From an uncultured Treponemataceae bacterium (lineage in GTDB: Bacteria; Spirochaetota; Spirochaetia; Treponematales; Treponemataceae): a DNA stretch of 64,000 bases. Both the position numbers and the translations under genes were made by a program. This document shows positions 37,357-45,572 of this stretch, piece by piece. The notes below the pieces were generated by a model. The model was not told where the DNA came from and ran no database searches. It saw only the letters and a program-made list of their open reading frames with translations. The first letter of the stretch is position 1. Every line of letters starts with the position of its first letter. The stretch covers positions 35,753 to 99,752 of the forward strand of contig CAYJIS010000002.1 of NCBI GenBank assembly GCA_964370315.1. Reading direction: 5' to 3'.

Positions 37357-38850
37357 ATGGATGATGTAGTATTAGAAATTAAAAATCTTTCAAAATCATT
37401 TGCAAAAAATAAAGTTCTAGATGGTATCAATTTATCTGTAAAAAAAGGTAGCGTCGTTGGGCTCATGGGTGAAAACGGAGCCGGCAAATCAACAATGATG
37501 AAATGCCTTTTTGGAATTTATGCAAAAGACGAAGGACAATTCGCCTTTCTTGGAAAAAACATTAATTTTAAGAGCCCTAAAGAGGCCTTGGAAAATCATG
37601 TAGCAATGGTTCACCAAGAACTTAATCAATGCTTAGACAGAACTGTTACAGACAATATTTTTCTTGGAAGATACCCTACGAAAGGGGGTGTTATTGATGA
37701 ACACAGAATGTTTACAGAAACAACAAAGCTATTTGCTTCTTTAAATATGAATGTTAATCCGAAAACAGTTATGCGCACAATGTCTGTTTCTCAAAGACAA
37801 ATGGTTGAAATTGCAAAAGCAGTTTCATATGATGCAAAAATAATTGTTTTAGATGAGCCAACTTCTTCTCTAACAGAAGTTGAAATAAAAAAACTTTTTT
37901 CAATTGTTAACGACCTAAGAAACAAGGGTGTTTCTTTTATATATATATCTCACAAAATGGATGAAATCTTTGAAATATGTGATGAAGTTGTTGTTTTACG
38001 CGATGGAAAAATGATTATGGCGAAACCAACAAAAGAAACAAATATGAATGAGCTTATTGCAGCCATGGTTGGTAGATCGTTGGACAACCGCTTTCCAGAA
38101 GTGAACAACACTCCAGGCAAAGATTACTTAGAAGTTAAAAGTATTACGACAAAATTTGAACCAATTCTTAATGAAATTTCTTTTTCTGTAAAAAAAGGTG
38201 AGATATTTGGTCTGTATGGCTTAGTTGGAGCAGGAAGAAGCGAACTCTTAGAAGCAATGTTTGGCATTAGGACTATTGCGTCGGGAGAGATAGTGCTTGA
38301 TGGGAAAAAGCTTCGTTTTAAAAACAGTAAAGAAGCAATGTCATACAACTTTGCGTTAGTTACAGAGGAGAGAAAATTTAATGGGATGTTTGGTAAGGCT
38401 TCTATTAAATTTAACACAACTATTACAAATCTTGGGAGCTATAAAACCTTTGGACTTTTATCTGAAAGAAAAATGTCGGAAGCTGCAAATCATGAAGCTA
38501 AGGTAATGCGAACAAAATGTGTTTCTGTTGAAGATATCATTACTTCTTTAAGTGGAGGAAATCAACAAAAAGTAATAATTGGAAAATGGCTTGAAAGACA
38601 GCCCCAAGTATTTTTATTAGATGAACCTACACGCGGTATTGACGTCGGTGCAAAATATGAGATTTACCAGCTAATTATAAAAATGGCAAAAGAAGGAAAA
38701 ACTATTATCGTAGTTTCTAGTGAAATGCCAGAAATATTAGGTATAACAAATAGAATTGCAGTTATGTCTAATCACAAGATTGCTGGTGTTGTAAACACAA
38801 AAGAAACTAACCAAGAAGAGTTGTTGAGATTATCAGCAAAATACTTATAA
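37357..38850 (+). CDS. mglA: Sugar ABC transporter ATP-binding protein with duplicated ABC domains
   Basis: 497 aa. Walker A GENGAGKST, signature SVSQRQ / LSGGNQQK, Walker B VLDEPT / LLDEPT. Confidence 0.92.
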   Translation: MDDVVLEIKNLSKSFAKNKVLDGINLSVKKGSVVGLMGENGAGKSTMMKCLFGIYAKDEGQFAFLGKNINFKSPKEALENHVAMVHQELNQCLDRTVTDNIFLGRYPTKGGVIDEHRMFTETTKLFASLNMNVNPKTVMRTMSVSQRQMVEIAKAVSYDAKIIVLDEPTSSLTEVEIKKLFSIVNDLRNKGVSFIYISHKMDEIFEICDEVVVLRDGKMIMAKPTKETNMNELIAAMVGRSLDNRFPEVNNTPGKDYLEVKSITTKFEPILNEISFSVKKGEIFGLYGLVGAGRSELLEAMFGIRTIASGEIVLDGKKLRFKNSKEAMSYNFALVTEERKFNGMFGKASIKFNTTITNLGSYKTFGLLSERKMSEAANHEAKVMRTKCVSVEDIITSLSGGNQQKVIIGKWLERQPQVFLLDEPTRGIDVGAKYEIYQLIIKMAKEGKTIIVVSSEMPEILGITNRIAVMSNHKIAGVVNTKETNQEELLRLSAKYL

Positions 38851-38865
38851 AAAGGATGAGTAAAA

Positions 38866-40560
38866 ATGTCAGATCAAAACCAAACTGTTAATGCACTAGA
38901 AACCAATCAAAGATTACAAGATTATCAAAAAAAACTTTTTGAGCTTAGAAAAGATGGTGTAAATAGGGTTTTAGAGCTAAAACAAGAGCTGTTTATAGCT
39001 AAAAAAAACAAAATGCTCGATGCCGTTCAAAAACAACGGGTTGTATCAGAGCACAAAGATAATATTGCTCTTGCTAAAGTTATAGCAAAAAAAAATAGGG
39101 CAGAAGAAAAAAGGCTTGAAAAAGAATCCGTTTCACATGCAAATGCAATTGCAAAAAAATATAACGCAGATGTCATTGCAGAGCAAAATGCAAAAATAGC
39201 AAAAACAAAAGTAGAATACAAAAGAGAAATAGCTGATATTAAAAAAGCTGGAGCAGAAGGTATTCAAAAAATCCGTTCTGCGTATATCGGAAAGCCAACA
39301 AAAGTAGATGTAACTGCCCTCAAAGAAGATATTTCTGCATACAAATATGAAATACAATCTGCACTCTTTGATGCAAAAAACCACTTTTCTACTAAAATTT
39401 CCCTTTGTAAAGCCGAAAAAAAGCAAGCCTTTGTTGACCACGTTCAATTAAATAGAACTTTAAGAAATGGAAAGGCAGCTTTTTGTGAAGATGTCGTACT
39501 TAATGCAAAAGATTATGTTTACAATTTTACTGGGTCAAAATTTTTACTCGAAAACGGACTGTACCTCGCTATTATAATTTTCTTTATTGTCTGTATTATC
39601 GTGGCTCCTATTTCAGGCAGAGGAAACCTACTTTCACTTCCTAATATTTTTACAATTTTAGAACAATCATCTACTCGTATGTTTTTTGCACTTGGTGTAG
39701 CTGGCCTTATTTTATTAGCTGGTACGGACTTAAGTGTAGGACGAATGGTTGCACTCGGTGCAGTAGTTACAGGATTAATATTACATCCCGGCATGAATAT
39801 TGTAACTGTTTTTGGTATGGGACCTTGGGATTTTTCAGCAATCCCAATGATTTGGCGTCTTTTAATGGCCTTAAGCCTCTCTGTTTCACTTTGTGTAATG
39901 TTTAGTGCCTTTGCTGGTGTTTTTTCTGCTAAGCTTAAAATTCACCCATTTATTTCAACCTTAGCAACACAACTAATTATTTATGGTCTTTTGTTTTTTG
40001 GAACAAGAGGAACTCCTGTTGGCTCAATTGATGGAGAAATTAAAGATTTACTAGGTGGACGATGGATGATGGGCGTTATTAATGGAGAACTTGTAACATT
40101 TCCAAAACTAATTGTTCCTGCTGCCATTGCCGTAATTGTAGCTTGGTTTATTTGGAACAAAACAATCTTTGGTAAAAACATGTATGCAGTTGGTGGAAAC
40201 GCTGAAGCAGCTAGTGTTAGTGGAATAAGCGTAACAAAGGTTACCATGGGTGTCTTTATTATGGCAAGCGTGTTTTATGGCTTTGGTGCTTTTTTCGAAG
40301 CGTTTAGAGCAAATGCCAGTGCTGGTACGGGCCAAGGGTATGAATTAGATGCCATCGCAGCTTGTGTTGTTGGTGGGATTTCATTCAGTGGTGGTATAGG
40401 CAAAATAGGAGGAGCGGTACTTGGTGTTATCATTTTCACTGGTCTTACATACTGTTTAACATTCCTTGGAATTGATACAAACCTTCAGTTTGTATTTAAA
40501 GGTCTTATCATTATCGCAGCTGTTGCTCTTGACAGTGTTAAATACCTAAAGAAAAAATAA
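38866..40560 (+). CDS. mglC: Sugar ABC transporter permease (MglC/RbsC family) with an N-terminal lysine-rich extension of about 225 aa
   Basis: 564 aa. Residues from about 230 to 564 are a typical 10-TM permease (GTDLSVGRMVAL, GGISFSGGIGKIGGA). Residues 1 to about 225 are helical, K/E/A-rich and have no TM segment. Confidence 0.85.
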   Translation: MSDQNQTVNALETNQRLQDYQKKLFELRKDGVNRVLELKQELFIAKKNKMLDAVQKQRVVSEHKDNIALAKVIAKKNRAEEKRLEKESVSHANAIAKKYNADVIAEQNAKIAKTKVEYKREIADIKKAGAEGIQKIRSAYIGKPTKVDVTALKEDISAYKYEIQSALFDAKNHFSTKISLCKAEKKQAFVDHVQLNRTLRNGKAAFCEDVVLNAKDYVYNFTGSKFLLENGLYLAIIIFFIVCIIVAPISGRGNLLSLPNIFTILEQSSTRMFFALGVAGLILLAGTDLSVGRMVALGAVVTGLILHPGMNIVTVFGMGPWDFSAIPMIWRLLMALSLSVSLCVMFSAFAGVFSAKLKIHPFISTLATQLIIYGLLFFGTRGTPVGSIDGEIKDLLGGRWMMGVINGELVTFPKLIVPAAIAVIVAWFIWNKTIFGKNMYAVGGNAEAASVSGISVTKVTMGVFIMASVFYGFGAFFEAFRANASAGTGQGYELDAIAACVVGGISFSGGIGKIGGAVLGVIIFTGLTYCLTFLGIDTNLQFVFKGLIIIAAVALDSVKYLKKK

Positions 40561-40580
40561 TTAATCTATGTATTCCTATA

Positions 40581-40612
40581 AAAAACCACTTTGAAAAAAG
40601 TGGTTTTTTTTT
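40581..40612 (+). terminator. Rho-independent terminator of the mgl operon
   Basis: 11-bp perfect stem AAAAACCACTT / AAGTGGTTTTT followed by a T-run. Confidence 0.8.
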
Positions 40613-40622
40613 CAAAATTTAC

Positions 40623-40651
40623 TTGACTATTTGAGTCCACATGCATATAAT
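40623..40651 (+). promoter_or_regulatory. Near-consensus sigma70-type promoter for the cheY-cheX-kinase operon
   Basis: TTGACT, a 17-nt spacer, then TATAAT. Confidence 0.55.
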
Positions 40652-40678
40652 CTAGCATACTAATTCAACCCTAGGAAA

Positions 40679-41059
40679 ATGGAAATAAATATGAAAAAAA
40701 TTTTAATTGTAGATGATTCTCAAATTATGAGAAACATGCTAAAAGATTCCTTTTCGGCCTTGAACATCCCATGCCAATACATTGAAGCTGAAAACGGTCG
40801 CGAAGCTTTTTTTGCTCTAGAAGATAGCGATATCGATTTAGTTTTTTTAGACTGGAACATGCCTCAGCTTTCTGGATTAGACTTTGTAAAAAAAACAAGA
40901 TTAATTAAAAAATTTGATAATCTTCCAATAGTTATGGTGACGAGTGAAGCTGCAAACTATAATGTAATTGAAGCCTTAAAATCTGGAGTAACAGCATACC
41001 TCGTAAAGCCCATCTGTTCTGAAAAATTTGCAAAAACTGTTGCGACTCTAAACTTTTAA
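40679..41059 (+). CDS. cheY: CheY-like single-domain response regulator
   Basis: 126 aa. ILIVDDS, phospho-acceptor context LVFLDWNMP, T/S MVTSEA, and K in YLVKP. The start may instead be the ATG at 40691 (MKKILIVDD). Confidence 0.88.
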   Translation: MEINMKKILIVDDSQIMRNMLKDSFSALNIPCQYIEAENGREAFFALEDSDIDLVFLDWNMPQLSGLDFVKKTRLIKKFDNLPIVMVTSEAANYNVIEALKSGVTAYLVKPICSEKFAKTVATLNF

Positions 41060-41091
41060 CAACACTCGAAATAACACAAAAGGATAAAAAA

Positions 41092-41562
41092 GTGGAAAAA
41101 TACATTCAACCTTTTATTACAACTTGTCAAAAAGTTTTTCGTGATTTTGTTGGATTGGAAATCATTGCTTGTACTCCCTACTTTATTGATACCGAAGAAA
41201 AACCTCACTGGGATATCTCTGGCATTATCGGCCTGGCCGGAGAAGCACAGGGTGCAATTGTTCTTTCCTTAAAAAAAGAGCTTGCTTTAAAAATTACTGA
41301 ATCACTAACTAAGCAACCACAAGATGATATAACAAACATTGTTTTTGACGCTGTAGGCGAAATCATTAATATCATAGCTGGTAATGTTAAAAAAGAACTT
41401 GAGTCGATGTTTAAATTATATATATCTCTTCCAACAATCATCGAAGGACAAAGCCATGATATGGCTTGTTTAAAATCACGTGGGGCTTATCAAATTTGCA
41501 TTCCATTTAAAGTACAAGATAGACATTCTTTTTCTCTAACTATCACGCTACAACAATGCTAA
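41092..41562 (+). CDS. cheX: CheX-type (CheC/CheX/FliY family) CheY-P phosphatase
   Basis: 156 aa. GTG start. The N-terminus YIQPFITTCQKVFRDFVG and the D/S-xxxE-xxN-like segment AVGEIINIIAGNV are typical of CheX. Confidence 0.75.
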   Translation: MEKYIQPFITTCQKVFRDFVGLEIIACTPYFIDTEEKPHWDISGIIGLAGEAQGAIVLSLKKELALKITESLTKQPQDDITNIVFDAVGEIINIIAGNVKKELESMFKLYISLPTIIEGQSHDMACLKSRGAYQICIPFKVQDRHSFSLTITLQQC

Positions 41563-41586
41563 GCTTATATTGAGGAGTATATTACG

Positions 41587-43590
41587 ATGGCAGAAAACGA
41601 ATCAATATCAATTAGCAAAAACGAAGCCTTAAGACGCGTAACACTGCGCTTTTTGTCTGTTGGCCAATATGAACCTGGCATTGCAGACGTAAAACGAATG
41701 GACTCCGTAACACAACTAGTCATTTTAAATCTTTTTATCTTAACTGGACTAGCTATTGCTATACCTTATACTATAATGCTTTTTCTTGACCCAGAAATAA
41801 ATATTAGGGTCTCTCTTACAATCCTTGTTTTTTGTATAATACTAGGAGTATCTTATTTTTTAATTCGAATAAAAGTTTCTTTTAAGCCTATAGGAGTATT
41901 TCTAGTTTATACATATACAGTACTTGTATGTTATCTGTTAATTTTACATCCTGCAGGAGGCCCTGGAACTGCGTTATGGAGCATGATTTTACCACCATTG
42001 GCTTATTATATATTGGGACACCTCGGATTAATCCCCTCTTTAATAGTTTCACTTGCAATGATTTATGCCTTTTACACTGACACACGCTTTTATGACTATG
42101 AGTACGCATCAAGATTTACAGCAATTTTTATTTTTTTAATAGCCTTTTCAGGTGTTTCATACAAAAGGATGCAAAATCTTTCAAAGGCTCTGATGAGAAG
42201 TCGATTCTTGTTGAGAAAAGAACTTATTGAAGTTTCTACAATGAAAGAAAACATTGATGCTGGAATTTTTATACTAAACAAAGACTTTGAAATACAACCA
42301 TATTATTCTCACAAGTTTTCAAGCATCCTTAACAAACAAAACCTTGACAATGTTTGCTTTTTATCATTATTTAAATCATCATTAAAAGAAAAGGAAAAAG
42401 ACCTCTTAAAAGCTTATCTTGAAATGGTTATTGCTGCTACTCATGACAAAGAAACACTACAAAACATAAACCCTCTACAAAAATTTTCTTTCTTTACAGA
42501 AAGCGGCCAAGAAAAAATACTTAACTTCACTTTTTCACATATAAAAAGACAAACTGGCGAAGATGTGCTTTTAGGAATTGCACGAGATATTACCTATGAA
42601 AGCAAGCTTGAAGAACGTGTTAATGCAGAGGAAAAATTACGTCAGCAAGAAATGAACACTTTGTTTGAGGTTATGCACATAAAACCTCAAAACCTTCAAG
42701 AATTTCTAGATGAAATCGACTATGAATTTGAAAGAATGAATTCCGTTTTAAAAGAGTCCTCTAGAAGCGGAAAAGCAATAATCAGTGATTTATATCAAGG
42801 TGTACATGCAATGAAATCGAATGCCCTTGTTATAGGATTAGAATCAACCGCTGAAAAGTTGCATGAGTTTGAAAACAAATTGGCAACCTTGATGAATGAA
42901 GAGATTGTTCCTTACGAAAACATCGTAGATATAGTTTTTAATCTTCAAGAGGTTATGTCGATTGCCGACAATCTCAAAACCGTTTTAGCTAAAATGGAAA
43001 CATTTTCAAAAGTATCTCAGCAAGTACAAACCTCAAGGGAAATTTTCCTTCAATCAATTCGAAACGCAATTTCAAAAGGCACGGCTGAAACACAAAAAAA
43101 AGCCATTCTCGAGCCAAAAGAAATACATTGGGAAGAAATAGATATTACACAAAGACGTATACTAAAAGATGCTATTATGCAACTTGTGAGAAACTCGTTG
43201 GCACATGGTATTGAACCCCCCTCTGAAAGATTAACAAAGGGTAAAAATGAAGAAGGTGTAATTACACTAGAAATAATAAAAAATGAAAAAACTTCTAAAA
43301 TTAACATGGTATATGCAGATGACGGTGCAGGAGTTGATTTCAAAAAAATAAAAGAAGTTGCGTTAGAAAAAAAATTAATTACTGATGCAGACGAAGCTGA
43401 TAACCAAGCCGTATTGATAAAAACTTTATTTAGACCAGGTTTTTCAACATCAAAAAATCTATCAATGCAAGCTGGTAGAGGCATAGGATTAAGCTTGGTT
43501 TCTGATCGAATAAATGAACACAAAGGAAAAATTAAAGTAAAAAGCTCCCCCGATAAAGGAACAATGTTTATAATTACCTTGCCGTGCTAA
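41587..43590 (+). CDS. Membrane-anchored CheA-type histidine kinase (multi-TM N-terminus, PAS-like region, Hpt, CheA-class HATPase) with no CheW-like P5 domain
   Basis: 667 aa. About 5-6 TM helices in residues 50-190. Hpt site GVHAMKSNALVIGLE. CheA-type N box LVRNSLAHGIEPPSERLTKGKNEEGVITL, G1 DDGAGVD, F FRPGFSTS, G2 GRGIGLSLV. The protein ends about 30 aa after G2. Confidence 0.8.
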   Translation: MAENESISISKNEALRRVTLRFLSVGQYEPGIADVKRMDSVTQLVILNLFILTGLAIAIPYTIMLFLDPEINIRVSLTILVFCIILGVSYFLIRIKVSFKPIGVFLVYTYTVLVCYLLILHPAGGPGTALWSMILPPLAYYILGHLGLIPSLIVSLAMIYAFYTDTRFYDYEYASRFTAIFIFLIAFSGVSYKRMQNLSKALMRSRFLLRKELIEVSTMKENIDAGIFILNKDFEIQPYYSHKFSSILNKQNLDNVCFLSLFKSSLKEKEKDLLKAYLEMVIAATHDKETLQNINPLQKFSFFTESGQEKILNFTFSHIKRQTGEDVLLGIARDITYESKLEERVNAEEKLRQQEMNTLFEVMHIKPQNLQEFLDEIDYEFERMNSVLKESSRSGKAIISDLYQGVHAMKSNALVIGLESTAEKLHEFENKLATLMNEEIVPYENIVDIVFNLQEVMSIADNLKTVLAKMETFSKVSQQVQTSREIFLQSIRNAISKGTAETQKKAILEPKEIHWEEIDITQRRILKDAIMQLVRNSLAHGIEPPSERLTKGKNEEGVITLEIIKNEKTSKINMVYADDGAGVDFKKIKEVALEKKLITDADEADNQAVLIKTLFRPGFSTSKNLSMQAGRGIGLSLVSDRINEHKGKIKVKSSPDKGTMFIITLPC

Positions 43591-43608
43591 GAAACAATAT
43601 CTAGATAT

Positions 43609-43636
43609 TGACCCATAAAAACATTAATTATATAAT
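43609..43636 (+). promoter_or_regulatory. Putative promoter of tRNA-Thr
   Basis: TTGACC, a 16-nt spacer, then TATAAT. The -10 element ends 10 nt before the tRNA 5' end. Confidence 0.5.
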
Positions 43637-43646
43637 TAAAAAACAA

Positions 43647-43719
43647 GCCAACTTAGCTCACCTGGTAGAGCAGCACATTCGTAACGTGCAGGTAGTGGGT
43701 TCAAGTCCCACAGTTGGCT
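43647..43719 (+). tRNA. tRNA-Thr (anticodon CGT)
   Basis: Hand-folded cloverleaf: acceptor GCCAACT/AGTTGGC, D arm GCTC-ACCTGGTA-GAGC, anticodon arm GCACA-TTCGTAA-CGTGC (one A-C mismatch), T arm GTGGG-TTCAAGT-CCCAC, discriminator T. CCA is not encoded. Confidence 0.9.
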
Positions 43720-43741
43720 AACAAAAAGGCACAATAACCTC

Positions 43742-43787
43742 TGTAGTGAATCCCGTCAATTGTATCCAGCAAACGGGGTTCACTACA
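43742..43787. terminator. Long hairpin between tRNA-Thr and the convergent PilZ gene (probable shared terminator or processing structure)
   Basis: 15-bp stem TGTAGTGAATCCCGT / ACGGGGTTCACTACA with one G-T pair and a 16-nt loop. No adjacent T-run on either strand. Confidence 0.45.
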
Positions 43788-43805
43788 AACCTTCAAGCCT
43801 TTTTG

Positions 43806-44681
43806 TTAATTACCTTCAGAACTTTCCGCAATAAGAAACGCTTCATCTGAGTCGCCCGCTATTGCGGACTTTTGTCTTTTAGAATAATTTTCACTATCAA
43901 GTGGCATATTTTTTATGCGAGCATCTATTCTGCTTTGAAGTAGGTTACGTACATATATGTCAATTGCAGATTTTGCTGAAAATGAAAGATCCTCAGTAAA
44001 TAATAACACCAAAAATAATTTTTCATTTTCAATATATGTTCTGTAAATAGTAACGTTTGCTTTTGTTTTTTGTCCTTTTATATTAATTATAAAATTATTT
44101 AAAAGTTTTTTATTTGTAAACAAGGCTTGAGCAACAGGAAAGGTCTCGCAAAGAATTCCGGCTGAACTAATATTGCTTATTTTCAATGAATGATGAAAAC
44201 CTTTTACTTCATACTCACCAGCAAGGTCTTTTTCTTCTTCGCAGTTTGCTCGTACAAAGTTCCTTCTTCCTTTTGCTTCATTGATATTAAGAATGCTATG
44301 AATATAATCATGAATTATTTCATCACTTTGTGAGAGAGAAACGAAACCGCCTGGTATTGAAGCATTAAGTAAAAAGTGATCCTTTTCTTTTTGCCCTGCG
44401 TAAGTCGACATAATACCAAGGATAACATTTTGAAAATTCTTATCATTAGAAATAGAGGATACAAAATTATACCATTCATCTATTAATAGCTCTGAATCGA
44501 TACAAATAAAAAAAACTGCACTTGGGTATTCGCGTAAAATCGATTTTGCATATTTATAACTAGACAAAACATATAACTCATACCCCGATGTCGCTAACAT
44601 TGGAATTATTGTGTCTTGAAATTTTGTTGGTGCATTTAGGAAAAAAATTTTTCTTCCTAAATCCAAAGCTCCTGATTCCAT
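43806..44681 (-). CDS. PilZ-domain c-di-GMP receptor with an uncharacterised N-terminal domain
   Basis: The track ORF starts at a TTG at 44699. The ATG at 44681 follows GGAGGG. PilZ motifs RRNFVR and NISSAGI (RxxxR ... [D/N]xSxxG) lie in the C-terminal half. Confidence 0.78.
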   Translation of the reverse strand: MESGALDLGRKIFFLNAPTKFQDTIIPMLATSGYELYVLSSYKYAKSILREYPSAVFFICIDSELLIDEWYNFVSSISNDKNFQNVILGIMSTYAGQKEKDHFLLNASIPGGFVSLSQSDEIIHDYIHSILNINEAKGRRNFVRANCEEEKDLAGEYEVKGFHHSLKISNISSAGILCETFPVAQALFTNKKLLNNFIINIKGQKTKANVTIYRTYIENEKLFLVLLFTEDLSFSAKSAIDIYVRNLLQSRIDARIKNMPLDSENYSKRQKSAIAGDSDEAFLIAESSEGN

Positions 44682-44792
44682 ACATCCCTCCAGTCGCAAA
44701 AATCATTTAAAATAAACAATTATCATTACTACTTTTATGTTAACATGCATACCTAAAGATAACAAGAGGTTTTATATCAAAATTGCAAATGT

Positions 44793-45374
44793 TTATAAAA
44801 AAAGTGATATTGCGCAGTATACAAGAAGCAACGCCATAATTGTATTTGTAATCTTTGCATACTTAGAAAACAATTTTTCAAATAGCTTTCCAAAACTAGT
44901 CCAACAAAAGGTGGAAACAAAGGTAATAAGAACTAATATAAAAGCAAACAGAGTAATTCTTAAGGCGTCTCCAGAAAAAAAAGGCAATACATACATCTCC
45001 ATAGAAACTATTGAATATATATATGCCTTAGGATTAATAAACTGTAGCATCACACCAACCAAAAAGCTCGTGTTGCGATTGTTTTCAATAATTTCGCCCT
45101 TACTTGTTACGGTTTTAAATGCTAAATAAAGTATATAAAGTGCTCCTATCATTGTCATTGGAACTCGTATTTTAGGAATAAAATGACTAAGGGTGGTGCC
45201 CAGCCATGCACTCACGAGCAATAAAACAAAAACTCCAAGTGATACCCCGAAATTAAACGAAAGCGACTTTTTAATACCCGCATGTTTTCCATTTGTCATA
45301 CAAATAACATTATTCGGGCCTGGCGTTATTGATGTTACAACCGCATATACAAAAAAATTAAACCAATTAAACAA
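44793..45374 (-). CDS. LysE-family amino-acid exporter
   Basis: 193 aa, about 6 TM helices. N-terminal ITPGPNN motif. TTG start. Confidence 0.78.
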   Translation of the reverse strand: MFNWFNFFVYAVVTSITPGPNNVICMTNGKHAGIKKSLSFNFGVSLGVFVLLLVSAWLGTTLSHFIPKIRVPMTMIGALYILYLAFKTVTSKGEIIENNRNTSFLVGVMLQFINPKAYIYSIVSMEMYVLPFFSGDALRITLFAFILVLITFVSTFCWTSFGKLFEKLFSKYAKITNTIMALLLVYCAISLFL

Positions 45375-45572
45375 AACTGCCTCTTTTTTAAAATACTTTA
45401 TTGGAGTATATAGTGTAATAGCACTAATGTCAATTTAATATACTTCCTTGACATTACATATAGAACTATATATAGTATCTAATACAGTATTTGATACTGC
45501 TTTTTTTTCAAATCACCTTGAAAACAGATTGAAAAAATATTTTTCAGTGCACTACAGCCTAAAGGGTATAAA

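Noticed and set aside
39001-39100. A8-A9 homopolymer tracts inside mglC (about 39001 and 39087) and inside the 49788 gene (about 50706) as phase-variation switches.
   Set aside because: Runs of 8-9 A encoding Lys-Lys-Lys are common in lysine-rich regions of AT-rich genomes. There is no evidence of frameshifted alleles in this single sequence. This is worth checking only if population data exist.
43591-43805. tRNA-Thr as a possible integration hotspot or genomic-island boundary.
   Set aside because: There is no integrase, no partial duplicate of the tRNA 3' end, and the flanking genes (che-like kinase, PilZ, LysE) have the same composition as the rest of the window.
44737-45129. 130-aa plus-strand ORF between the PilZ and MATE genes.
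   Set aside because: It is antisense to the LysE-family exporter (44793-45374), which has the expected 6-TM profile and the ITPGPNN motif. The plus-strand translation is low-complexity with no RBS.
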